From positions 434,001 through 498,000 of the forward strand of contig JAYWIR010000042.1 of the NCBI GenBank assembly GCA_036172245.1: a DNA stretch of 64,000 nt, written 5' to 3'. The position numbers and the translations under genes are program-made. This DNA comes from Raillietiella orientalis (taxonomy: Eukaryota). Position 1 is the first letter of the stretch; each line of letters opens with the position of its first letter. Below the pieces are notes generated by a model. It saw only the letters and a program-made list of their open reading frames with translations. It was not told the origin of the DNA and searched no databases. Positions 13,801 to 26,399 of this stretch are shown piece by piece.

Positions 13801-14950
13801 TCATCACAAAAGAATGAGAGGCACAACGATGCACGCCGATATAAGAAGCCAGCGAAAATACGACGACAGAGAATCTGACCCAGCTTCTGATGCTCACAAA
13901 GACGCATGCAAGTATGTGCAGAGCCCTCGCATGCTAAGAACGTCAAGAAATGCTCAGGAAAACTCAAGACATGGACTGTGATTTCAGAAACATCTGAGCA
14001 GGAACTTGAAATCATCAAAACACGGTTGGTGGAGGAGTGCCCGAAATCAACTACCTTGGAACCTTTTCTATATTTCTGCTAGACTGAAAACTACCAACAA
14101 GGATTTTAGAACCTGCTTAAAATTGGATTGGGAAGGCTCCAGGGGAGAAACACATTTGAAGTTTCATCATGCTATACCCACAAGGTGAATGGAGTACTGA
14201 AAACATATCTTTTAGCTGCAATAACTAAGGACTTTGTCAAGGATTCTGACGATGACTTTAAAGTAGACTTTTAGAAGGAGCACCTCTAAGATCCATAAAT
14301 ACTAGCAATAGTGGAATTCCTTTTGAACATGCAGAAGAATGCAACAATAATCTTTTATTGACTGATCTGGGAAAATGAGACCACATTACATCCGACCAGG
14401 GGACCAGCACTCAAAGGATGCAGAATCAGTAGGGAAGTGAGAAATAATTCTCACTAGAATGCACAGCAGTGCATGCAAGATAATGGTAACAGAACTGCTA
14501 AATATAGCAATTTTCGATTGATTGCTAACCTGCAATACAAAGAGTCCTCGGCATTCAACTATAAACTACATTCTGGAGTACCCGCTGTATGGGATACTGC
14601 TTGATTCAGAGCAACACCCTGACTGGTCGGATGTGCGCCTCACAAGCAAATTCTTTTTGAGTAGGAACTTCCAGAGAAATCCGCGACATCCAGGACTAAC
14701 AGTTCTCTGAAAACGCCGTAAGAGACGATGAAGACAAACCTAGGGTGAGAAATGATAGCAAGAATCTAAGAGTATCCATGAAGCCTCGGATTGCGGCTAA
14801 CAGAAGTTAAACCAGACCTAAAGGAACCTTTGACTAACTCTGAAAGGAAACTAAGAAAAAAGTAGATGGCATGTGGAACGGAATGAAGGCTTCAGGAAAG
14901 ATATGGAAGGAAGGATAAATATATTGAGGATAGTCTTCTATTCCTTTGCA
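10900..14950 (+). mobile_element. Near full-length, heavily decayed L1/Tx1-like LINE (ORF1-like region, APE endonuclease, RT)
   Basis: A-rich sense strand; ordered remnants: Cys/knuckle-like (~11120), SSRAQGITGLL and NGR...LIVN (endonuclease), KGSENWR and DSDDD (RT). Confidence 0.45.
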
Positions 14951-16449
14951 TGCCAAGATGCTTCCAATGTCATGGTTAATGGAATTTTAGGTGATGTTCC
15001 CTCAGTCTACGTCCTTTCACTGATCTACAGAACTCTTCTCATTCCACTAACCAATGTGCAATACGAGTCCAATCAGCCCATGAGTTCTTCAGTACCTCTT
15101 CAACTCTCATATTATCTCTCTATATTATATCATTATTTAATGACCAATTGTTAGAATCACACAATTTTCTTACTTCAGACTGAATTTAATGGACTGAAAA
15201 ATCATGATTAGAATTTAAAACCTTGAAATACTGAAATTGCGTTATTTTTTGATAAATATGACACAAAGAACATAATTCAGACTTAAAATTAATTATCACA
15301 GAGCTACGACAACTATCAAATATGTATGCTAATAATAGGTTAAAATCAGATATTAAAATTTCAAAGTAAACATAGTATAAACATGCAAACATGGCGTTAT
15401 TAAAACGTTTCTTTCTTGAGAGAAGAAAACACGATTAATTAAAAATCCCAAGACGAAAATCTCATCGTATTAAAAAAATTGTAGACTTCTTCAAATTGCA
15501 AAGATAGAAAACTCTTTAAAGCCATGAAAACCAATGTGAAGTACGAATACTTTTCATAGCTGCGTTATTCTAGACAAAATGAGTACTAAAATTCTGATTG
15601 TAATACAAAAGAGTCCAAACTACGTGTTCCATTAGCATAAGTCGCATAAGGCATAATGGGCTTACAGATTTAAGAGAACAAAATTTTTTGTTTCCAAGGA
15701 TTTTTTTTTATATTTTAAAAACTTTCCAGTGTTTTTCTACTGAAGAAAATTTTAACTGAAGAATATGTCCCGTGATACAATGATAGCTGTCAAAATTTAA
15801 AATAATAAATTTCAACCTGTAACTTTCGTTATTCTACTCGATGCATAACATGCTTTAGCTCTGGATTTCTTGCAAAGGTTGTGGTTTAAAGCTAATCGAA
15901 TTCATTGAAAATGTGAAATTTTTCTTATTTTATAAAAATGAAAAAATTAAATATGGGTTCCTTAGAAATGTGAAGCAAAGTAATTCACAATCGTGAAGGA
16001 CCATAAATGATCTATCTCACTTTTGCGAGATAGACCATTACATATGAAACATTATGCGAATGTATTTGTGATACATTGCATAATATTTCAAATGTAAATA
16101 AATGTAAAGTACAATTTCCATCTAACGTAAATTAGCTTATTCAATTCTGATATGATGAGTCGAAATTTGGTACTTTAAGATGGTGTGCTGTAGTAAATAT
16201 TATTTCAAGACTGATTATTGCTTGCTTAAAAGAACTTCATCACAAATATTTGCTAACCAAATGATTCGGTAATTCTTATTCAGTTTCTTCGTTGACAGTT
16301 TGTTGCGGTGGATTTTCCCGGCAATGTGTAGACCTATAATGGTAATTTAAAATATGACAACAAACTTGCAGTGATCATCACATAAGATTCCACTTATGAA
16401 GTATGACAGGTGCAAATTTCATCGATATTCAGCTAATTGAGTTCAAATT

Positions 16450-16614
16450 ATGGTTACATCAGAAGAATGGTCTGGGATAACTATTGTGATATTAATTGCT
16501 TTTGGAGTGCTCATTTTAACAGTGCTTCTCATTTTTCTCAAAAGACAAATAATGAGACTTAAACTTAGATCTCGAACTTTTTTCCACGTTACGACTGGGT
16601 ATGCAATTTCCAAG
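16450..16614 (+). CDS. C1orf43: NICE-3 exon 1 (TM helix + KRQIMR)
   Basis: ATG at 16450, 55 codons, donor AAG|gtaccg at 16615. Confidence 0.9.
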
Positions 16615-18413
16615 GTACCGTATCAGTGGCATTATAACAAAGCAACTTTCCTGAAGTTTATAGCATTTTAAAATCAGTCATTAATCACTGAACAAATTAA
16701 TTACTTTCTAACTGAATTCATGGAAAGACCATCCTACTTCAGTATTTTGACACTGTAAATATTTTGTAATCATAATCAAGTTAGTGGATATACCAGTTCA
16801 TGAAATGTGGATTCCTGTGTGATTAGAAATGAATTTAGTGTGTCACAGAGTCTATTGTATGTTGCAGCAGAAGTGAAAGCCGTTCATGTTTTATAGGAGA
16901 TAGTGAAAGTGCGAGAGTAATTATGACTTAGTTAGTGGCATTAGTGGTAATTAAGATTTCTGTAATGTTGAACTTACCTATTAAGTTTTCGTCTATGATA
17001 ATGGATTAAAGTTTCTTTATCATTCACATTTATGGTTTTTTTTTTCTCTCCTGTGTTTTTATCCATTTGTTTGTGTATGTTTATCTAGATGTGAATGTAA
17101 CTGCAGATATTTTTGCATTTGCATATGACTTATAGCTTGTAATATGTGTTTCATTTTGTTTTCTCCTATTGATACTTTTGGCAATGGAGCAATCAGTTTT
17201 TAAGTATGCAATTTTTATGATGGTTTCGTTCTGTGGATGATATCCAAAATATAGAACTGAAAATGGAAAATGCACTTAGTTATCAATTTGGTTTCATAAG
17301 ATAATACAAACCTTTGAATGCGTAAATTTATAGAAATTTGTTTTAATTTATGCTAATTACAGTTGTGTAATTTCAATTTATGCCATTCAATTATTTTTAT
17401 TACGCTTTTATTTTATAGCTTTGTTTTAAAGTTCATTCTGCTTCAAGGTTATATTATATTTCTTACTTTTAAAAGCAATTATAATGCTCTTTCTGTTTAC
17501 CCGTTTTTTCTTTTACATTTTTCCCTGTAGTCATTGAGTTTAGTATCCTGTTTATTAACAAAAGGAATGACACCGATCGATTGTCAATTTACACAATGGG
17601 ATTATATGTGTTGAAAAAAAATGTGTTCTCTGTGTATACTCTGATTTCCTTTTCTGTATTTAGGTGAAATGAAATGAGAAGTCAAAGTTCGTTTGTTATT
17701 GTGATTTTTTTTATAATAATAATTTTATATTACAGTTCATGATTAGGTGAATTTTTAATCCCCCACCAGAACTATCTTAAACCTGTCTAAATGGTTTGAC
17801 AGTGGTAAAACAAAGATTTTTATGTAGAGGAATGCATTCTTTGAAATAATGCAGAAGAGAATTATGTATTTCTTTTTTAGAAGAGGAAAAAAGAAATGAG
17901 TCTTTCTGTAAATACAGATATGGAATGGGAACCAGTGCTACAGAATGCTGCAATCCATAACTTATCAGAACAACCTTATTACTACCGTTTGTTAGCAATG
18001 GATGATCTCAAGTTGTTGGGTGAGATCCAATATTTGTGCGGCTGAGTGCAAGCCCTCATTGATAGTTCCTGGCAGAGAAGGAGCTTCAAACAAAGGCATT
18101 AATGCCAGATGTATGTTTTGGAGAGGCCTTGGATGTTGTGTTGGGAAGGGTGCCCCAGATGATCACAAAGGATATGTGTCCTGTAATGGAAGAGTTCTGT
18201 GATTTATACAACTGGGCACGTTATGACAGCATCCCATTTGAAGAAATGCAGTACAAACGTTTTCGCAGTATATTAGATATACTCATCAACAGGTGGGAAT
18301 TATTAAGGTGATCATTAGAATGACAATTATTTAGGCTACAGATGGTTACTAAAGAACATGCTATTAGTATCTTGGCTACAAAGAGATCTAATTCTCAGGA
18401 GACAACTGTTTGA
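16450..18413 (+). CDS. C1orf43: C1orf43/NICE-3 family protein, 4 coding exons (16450-16614, 17881-18019, 18076-18292, 18335-18413), 199 aa
   Basis: Spliced ORF of 600 nt with GT-AG introns in consistent phases (0, 1, 2). N-terminus MVTSEEWSGITIVILIAFGVLILTVLLIFLKRQIMRLKLRSRTFFHVTTG resembles the NICE-3 TM + KRQIMR signature as recalled. Also WEPVL, YYYRLLAMDDL, LYNWARYD..F...QY, and C-terminal ETTV*. Confidence 0.9.
17881..18019 (+). CDS. C1orf43: NICE-3 exon 2
   Basis: Acceptor tcttttttag; encodes KRKKEMSLSVNTDMEWEPVLQNAAIHNLSEQPYYYRLLAMDDLKLL; donor G|gtgag at 18020. Confidence 0.85.
18076..18292 (+). CDS. C1orf43: NICE-3 exon 3
   Basis: Acceptor ggcag; in frame with ORF 18102-18311 (FCDLYNWARYDSIPFEEMQYKRF); donor AG|gtggga at 18293. 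Confidence 0.85.
18335..18413 (+). CDS. C1orf43: NICE-3 exon 4 (terminal, ETTV stop)
   Basis: Acceptor tatttag in phase 2; RLQMVTKEHAISILATKRSNSQETTV followed by TGA. Confidence 0.7.
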
Positions 18414-19309
18414 TGTATTCACCCCAGCAGCTTGTGTCTCTAGTCACACTTGCAGCAGCTATGGGTTTCTAAGTGAATCAGAATAGAGGATTCTGTTTTT
18501 GACTGCTGATAAATGTAATTTTAGACAATATCAGTGCAGTTATCTGTGCTGCTACTTGCATTGATATGAATTTCTGCTGTCACGAAATCTAAACTTTTTG
18601 AATTACCTAACAGAATTTGCTCGGATTTCTCAGGGAATTCCACAAAAGCTAAAAAAAAAGTGTTTATGTCAAAGTTTTGAATTGCTTCATTTAACATTAT
18701 TTAATCATGCATCATATTGTTTTTTTGTTTGGTATTGTGAATCAAGTCTACTTGTCCCAGTTACTTGTCGTTAGTGTAAGGTAAAATTAGATTGAAATTT
18801 TGTTTCTTATGGTCATGGCAGACAACAGTCTCAGCATTAATGAAGTTGACTTGCTATCTTAAAACATCACACAGTTGTCTTATAATAGAGTACAGCAGTC
18901 TTGTGCATTTCCATATTTCATTGGCACTGCAGAATTCGTTTTACAGTATATAATGGGCTGCAGCTCAATGCGCGTTCCATTAAATTTTATCTTATAATTT
19001 GATCCATATTCTCGTTAAGTAACAAGCTCGCAAAATTGCGAGCAGTGTTTATGGGTTTTTGACATTTCATGTACCTTTTTATGGACATATACCCTTCATT
19101 TATCTTTGCTGTTTTGATCCGTGGCATTGTTTACAGAAAATCTGATTACAGCACATTCAAAATTTTCACGCTTGAATCAGAAACAAGAAAGCATCCAATT
19201 GAATGTGAATTGGGAATGGCCACCTACATTATGGTAAATAAACATTTTCTGCGTTGGCGAGTTCATTAATTCTGTCTTTGTATGATATCTTGATAGGGAA
19301 GATGAATCG

Positions 19310-19326
19310 AATGAATGAATGAATGA
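19310..19326. repeat. (GAAT)4 microsatellite
   Basis: aatgaatgaatgaatga. Confidence 0.7.
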
Positions 19327-19699
19327 AAAGAAGAAAAAAAAGCTGTACTTACGTATTTCGAGAAACAGTTGTGATAGGTTTTGCATTATGAGAGAATCTG
19401 TCCGTTTTCCGGTTCAATACTCTGTCACATCATTGGAGTGCACAAGTGCATGGCAAGCCACATTTCTGGCTATTTCCTACTTTATCCCGCGCACGTCCCG
19501 TTCACCAGGCAGGAATAGGAAGTGTGGTCGTCGCTGCTGAAGGGCGAGCAGCAGTCCTGAAGAGTGCACATAACTTATTTTCTGCACTTCCGCCGCTGTC
19601 GCAGCTGACGTCCCAAATGAATTGCATAGAGTAATCTGAAAGTGCAGTCAGCAAATTCTTTAAAATCATACCTTGACTAGACCCAAGTCACTTATTAAC

Positions 19700-20850
19700 G
19701 AGTTACTGTCCCCATTGGTTGCATTCATAAGACTCTTATGTTTTTTTGGATAGCGAGTGTGAAGGGGCATTAGTTACTGGAAGAAGAAGAAATGCAAGTG
19801 ATTTCTTCTAATCATGGCACAGCCGAAGTAATTTGAGCTTCTTGTTGGTTTCCAATGGATTTACTTCATTTCCACTTCTGGACACTATTGCCAAGGATAC
19901 ATTGAGAAAAGGGGAAAAGAAAGAAGTTCCACATTTTCGGACCAAAACTTTGGATCTGAAACATCAATGGAAGGACTCGATGCAAAGGAAGAAATGCTGT
20001 GCTCGAAATGGGTAAATTTTAAGAGTACGCAGTAATGCGTACTTATTTTTCATGCTACTGCAACACCGATCGCTAACAGCCACCACAGAACTGGAATCGG
20101 TACGACAAAGGAAGCCATAATTTTGTGCCTATGAAGACAAGGCAGAAGGATTGCTTTGCCATGCTATCTCGTGCATAGCAAAGCAAATTCGTATGCTGTT
20201 TGGTCTACTTGTCCCAGCGCTTAGTAGAGCACTTATTCTGTTGTGTCGTAGTTGCTCTGATTTATTAGAAACTCATGCACAGAAGTGCTTGAAATGAAGA
20301 GAGGTAGTACTACACATATTGAGAAATAGGGCCCGAGAAGAACTCGAGTACACCATCTACTGCCCCTGTTATAATTTTTCTTGGAATGTGAAAAATTCAA
20401 AAATAAATTTGCGAAGCCAAGAAGTTCCGCAACGTATCCTGGCGTCATGTCCAAATTCCTTTTGTATCTCCTTGGTAGCGAAACCTTACTGATAATTTAG
20501 GCAAGGATTTGTGCATCCCCTATACGACTGGACTTTCTCCACGATCAGCTGTCAGTGCACTGTTGACAACAGAATCCCTTCAAGAAAAGTAAGAAGAGAA
20601 GACATATCCTGCTAAAAAGGGGTTGTGATAGGTTCCATAAATTTCACTGTCAAGAAATTCTTTAAGTAGGGAAAGTATCTATTATTTAAAGTAAGTATTG
20701 CTGTAGGTGTAGATGATGGGGTTGACTGTTAGAATGGGGGATGAGGGGTTAGAAGTAGAAGGTTTAATACTGGTGGAAGTGTTTTTTGTGAAGTTACCGG
20801 TTTATGGAGTTCATTTATGACAAAAGTTCATTTGTGTTACCGGTTTATGC
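19700..20850 (-). mobile_element. Possible hAT-like DNA transposon relic
   Basis: AVDG, VAVSD...SMK...YPFRAQHFFL loosely resemble the hAT DGW / VTDNA.NM / PC.AH motifs; short direct repeats at 20793 and 20836. Confidence 0.22.
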
Positions 20851-23800
20851 CTAAATGTTAATGTTCCGTGACCTTATAACAAATAAGCTGTTAAACTTGT
20901 GGATGTTTTTCCTCAGTGAAGCCAGGTGGACCTTTTCGTTGTACCTTTTACTCCAGAACAAAATGATGGAAATTCCCGTTTTTGGAAGAAATGTGTGTGT
21001 GTATTTGGTAGTGTTAGCCCTTTAGAAGCTCTTTTGCAGAAAGGTTATTCCTAGGAATGGGGCATGTTGTTTCCATGTTGTTCGTCATGCCAAATACTTA
21101 TTCTGATTGTCTTTGTTTGTTTTAGGAACTTCATCTGTTCTTTCAACTGCGTGTTAAGGATGAGCCCACGGCTTTTGTGACATGAGTGAAGTCAACAACA
21201 ACAACAGCAAAAAAAAAAAAAAAAAACGTTCCTCAAATCTTTCAGATATCTTATATTTACGATTCCGGGTTCCAATTACTCTATCAGCGAATGGTCTAAG
21301 AGGAATTCGTAGTCATCAGAAGTTGTTTTTGTTACAAACGCGTATCTCCTGGGATTGCGGGTCTTTCGGAGCGTCGACTCTTTTTGCGAGTGCTGTTGTA
21401 GGTCGTGCCTCAGTCTCAGGTTGACACCGACGCTCTTTGTAGGTCCTCGGGGGGAACTCTTGCTGCTGAACTATTTCCCGTTCCGCGGAAGCAGCCATCG
21501 TCGCCTCGCTGTCTTCATCTGGGCATGCAAAACACGCGGTTTGCAGCCCACTCTTGGCGGACGTCACGCAGGGGTCAGTCGGCCACGGAGCTGCTCGCCA
21601 CCGGCAAGTGCAATCGACGACCTTCCGTATGGGATTCAGCACTCGGATCGGTTTCGTTGTTGTCAGGGTTGCCTGTGTTCAGGAAATATAGATTTTCATT
21701 TCATGTGTTTCGTGCGGAGGACGGCATGAATTCTGTCGGAACTCTTCATCCCTCTTCATTCGATGGGCGCGCGTTTACGTCGACACCGTTTTGTTTTTTC
21801 CTTTTCTTCCGGTGTTTTCCCCCTCAAGCATCGGAAGTCCGGATCTCGGGTGTCCACGTGAGATACACCAGGAATCTTATTCAGCCCGTTCAGTTGGAGT
21901 GCTTCCGGAACCTCTCGTCCTTTTTTGCCCACCTCGTATCGGTTTCGAAAAGGTAAGCAGTTCAAGCGCGCTTCGTCGTAAGCACAGAACGCAACCTCCT
22001 CTCCTCCTTTCCTCAATCAAATGGGTCGAAACGGAGGATGAAAGAATCAAAACGACTGCCCGACAGCTCGGCTGCGTTGAGTGCAAAACGAGCCGAGGAT
22101 GCATTTCGGCGTAAAGCGCGGATTTTTTCTCGGTGGCTCACGGAAGAGAACGGGGAAACCTCGCAAAGCAAGAAAACTGTTATACGAATACTTCGCTATT
22201 GTGCACCGACGTGATGTTGAACACGTTTTTTTTTTTTTTTTTCTCTTTGGGGTGGGGTGGGGGGGAGGGGGGAAGAATTCCTCCAGCCCGAGAAGGGCTG
22301 AAGAAAATCGTAGTAGGGATGTGCTTAATCTTAGAGCTAAGCAGAAAGAAGGAAACAGTCACCTCGCGCCCTATGGCTGCTGCCTGAGTCGTTCTTCATC
22401 AACCGAACCAGGTGGAGAGAACGAATCTGTTGACATCTATAGGGCGCGTTTCGTTTCCCAAACAGAAGGCAGAGCCCCGTGTTTTCCCCTGCATCGTCCC
22501 GCCAAATAATTATCTGTTACATAACAGAGTTTTGAAAACAGTTCATCAGCGGCGAAATTAATGCACTATTAGTAATTGGTCTCTCCGCTATTTTGTACGT
22601 TAATTAGGTTGACATTGATGAGCGGATAGGATTTCAATAATTACGTGGAAGCACACGAGTGTCACGTTGCATTTTCTGGGAGGAGTAAACCAAAGGGAGC
22701 TGAGGCAGTTTCTAGAGGAGATTGCGACGCCCCAGATGAAGGTGAGCGAATTCTTTTCGCCTGCGAGTTGCTTTTTGCCCGATCGATCGAGACGTAGGAG
22801 CGCAAAAAGACCCACGCGCGGTTGCCGCAGGCGAGCGGAAATGGAATCGATTGATGCCTTATTCATCATCATCGTCATCATATTCAGCAAGCGGAGGATA
22901 CCCATAGTGCGAGAGGGGAGCAGAACTGTCTCGGGGTGACAGGTTTGAGGCGGAACGACCTCTTCCTGAGTCCTCATCCTGAGCATCGGACTCCCCATGC
23001 TTGATGCTCTGTTGGTAGAAGGAAAACTGTCTTCGCTGATGCCAAAGAGACGATCCCTTCCGTCAGAGTATCCTGCTTCAGAAATTCGACGTCACAAGGA
23101 AGGGTGTAGGAGCTCGTCAAAATCGCTTCGTGTTGGCATTGAAACTCTACCTCTACTACATTTTGCAATTTTGCAAAACGTCTTCCGTATCAGCAAGTCG
23201 TCATCAAACTTTAACGTATTCCTTAAAGGAATTAAGGAAACCGTACGGAGGGTAGATACGATCCAGAGAAAGTACTCTCATACTAACACAGGGCAACCGC
23301 ATTGAATTTTTTTTAAAAATTCGCAGCTGTACGGACTGTACAGTTGAGAAGGGGTGCTCAAAACCAAAACAAAACAAAAAGTAAAGCTGCCTCCGTCGAC
23401 GATGAGAACGGAAACCGCCAACATTAACAGATGACAAATTGCAGAGACCGAATAATATTGTAACACAAACAGAGGCAGCATCCGGAAAGCCCCGGAATAC
23501 GGCCTCGAGCACGTTTCCGAACAAGGGACATGGAAGCACTTTCATTTTTTCGAAACGTTAGCCACGGTGCAGCAATGGAGGTTCGCGAGTTAAGCAAAAG
23601 AACGGATTCCCAGCCACAGTGCTACATCGTGAAGAAGGAAACATCCTCATCCCTAAACTGCGTTGATCCGTCAGGTAGCAGCGGTTACAAAGTAAGTAAT
23701 TGAGGAGGAGATCTCCAAGGAAGGCTTTTCCATGTTTGAAGAGGAACGAGTGGAATTCACTGCACCAGAGATCGAAACACGCCTTCACCCCCATGGAGGC

Positions 23801-23899
23801 TTTAGCCAGTTGCCCAGCCTGCCCCTGCTGGCTCCCGTTCGGTTCTTTATCTGAAAACTCGTTACCATGGACTCTGCTTTTCGTCGGAGCCAATGCTGC

Positions 23900-25700
23900 A
23901 GGCAGCGTCGTGCGAAACACTGTCTGCTAGACTGCCCAGACTGATCCAATGCATTTTCTTGAAGAGCAGGCTTTTTGTTGATTAATGATTTTTTATTTAA
24001 CGAGTCGATTTTTTCCGTTTCTCTTCGCCATTAATCAGTGTCTAACACGCTGATTGTGATTCCATCTTTGGGAGATCTTTGAGCACTCCGAGCAACGTTT
24101 CCTTCTTCAGTGGCTAGGTTCGAAATCAGCCATCAGTAAATCGCTGCCCTAGAAGTGCATTCTGATATTCCGATCATCTATGCTTAACAAAAACAAATTA
24201 TGAGTTGCTGCCGCTTGGATATTCGAACAGCGCAAGCCTCTGATCTTCCTTGCTCCGTTTCTGAAGAATTCTTCCGCTCAGGAGTCGCTTCCGAGATCAG
24301 GAAAGCGACTTCGGCAGATTCCTTTCCGCAGAGGAGAAGGGTTGTAGTGCAAAAACATCACACTGCCTCGATTGCACGAGGGATAGGGGCCACGAGCAGA
24401 CAGCTGATTACCTCGCTGCTTAGTTGGTGAGGTTGCTCTCATCTCCAATCGAGAATTTTCCTCCCTACTATAGTCGCCTGTGATTCTCGTTTCCCACTTG
24501 ATATTTTTGCCCTCCCTTCGAGATATGCTGTTTCTCTCCACTCTTCTCATGGTTTGCCTGACCTCATAGTTCCCCAGCCATGTCAGGTCTGGATGTGTTT
24601 CCAATTCATGTCAGCAACCTGCAGATAGCCCACCTCGATTTCGAAAACTCGCAACGTTCTTTCCGCTTCTTGGAGCGTCCTGTTGGATGCGAGGCAGCAG
24701 AAGCATTTCATAGATTGACCCCAGGTTATTAAACGCTAGAGGCATGCTACAGCCATAGCTCATTGCTGTCGTTTGAGTCGGTCACGGAAAGAGTTTCCTT
24801 TATAATTTCCACTTGCAGGTATTTTGGCCAACACTTTTTCTTTCCATCTGTGCCCGTACGGCTAAGATTCGCGCTCGCACTGCTGCTAATTTTACCTCCT
24901 TTTTAAGAAAAATATGCCCCTCGACGGCAGTCTATTGAGCACTTTTGCAGGATTCTTCCGGCACATTCGAGGCCTCCATGCACATATAAAAGACTGCTTC
25001 ACCGAAAGAGTTTCAGGCATAAGAACTGATTTCAAATTTTCCATTTTTTAATCTCTTCTATCCAATACAAGTTGCATTCGAGGAGTCCATTCTTTACTCA
25101 GTGCCTGTCACCATCCGTGTCTGTTGGTATTAGGGCTTTTTGTCTCCAAGACTAGACATTTATGACCTACCAATCGAAAGACACAGTCGAAATGACCTCA
25201 AGTACTTGGCTGATTTCAACTGTGTTCTTCCTGGAGGAAGAATTTGGTAAGCATCTACAGAGCCAGACTTTTCGCTGTGTCCTCAAGTAGAAATGTGCTA
25301 CAGAGGTAGAGTCAGACCTTCAATTCGTATCCCCTTGACGATGAGCTACCGTGAAGAGCTTCGCTCTACACAGCATCCATAAAAATTCCAAAAGGATGAA
25401 ACATCTTGATGCATCTCGATATAAGCCAATGCCTATTCGGGATCCCACATGCAACACTCTTGCAGAATCCCAACAGCTTCAACTGGGCATGTGCTTTACA
25501 GTCTTAAGCTATTTGTTTAAGTAGCGTCCGGAATGACATCCACCGATGCCTCAAACTTCTAGCTTCAGGACAGGGGGCGAGGTCACGACTTTGCGTAAGA
25601 TTCCTTTGCTGTGGCTAAGAGCCCACGCAAATCATAGAGAAGACTCCGATTCACAGCCATGTCTCTAGTAAAACATCTTCTGTTGGTCTGCCACCAGCTT
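23900..25700 (-). mobile_element. Decayed LINE RT fragment
   Basis: KQRGNQLS...AIEAV (QG.PLS-like), then FTDG/LMAD and LNKK remnants. Confidence 0.3.
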
Positions 25701-26399
25701 CTCAGAGGTCTTCCAAAGGCAAGTCATTAGAAAGATCGTGAGTTTTTGTACCGTCTATATACCACGTGTACATTCTTATAAATATTACACATCCCTCATG
25801 CGTGTTTCCAAAAATCAGACAGAGAAAGCGACGAAAAGAGAGCGCTCGGAACGCGGAATCTTGAACCGAACACGGTTTCATGTGAGTTTCTTTCTGAGAT
25901 TCCAAAGCTGGGGATTCAGCAGCAAATCGCTCTCGAGATACGGAATGGGCTTCTTTTCCAGGATTTTCAGCTCCCGCAAGGAAACTTTGGCGTTTCGTTT
26001 TCAAAGAATTTTCGGTGGGAAACAAAGGCGCCGCATGTGACCACAGTGCCTTCCAGGTCGAGGTACGCACTGAGAGGACAAGGCGGGACGCTTTGAGTCA
26101 GCACCGTAATGAACTCAGGGCGGAATGGTGAATTCGGAAACACTTGGAGCCTAAAAATAGTTACTGTCCACCATTTAGGAAACTGATTTGATGGAAGCGA
26201 TGCACACTGCTCTTCATTGCAGGAAGAATTCTAGGAACTGCGGTTTCTAAATCATTTCGTTGGGGGGGGGATCGATAGGCGATCTCCGAAGATCGTCACG
26301 TGAGTAGTCTCTTCCTCCTCGGTGCTTTGGAACTTCCAAGAGATGTCCGAATGGGAGCGATGCAAAAACGAAGGAAGAAACAAATGAATATTGAAGAAG

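Noticed and set aside
16420..16428. DRE-like CATCGATA upstream of NICE-3
   Set aside because: One mismatch to TATCGATA, and it may lie in a 5' UTR intron (possible 16342-16432); too short to support.
21316..23900. Several 100-180 aa ORFs as possible host genes
   Set aside because: No recognisable domain or consistent splice structure; only a weak Zn-knuckle-like remnant near 21530.
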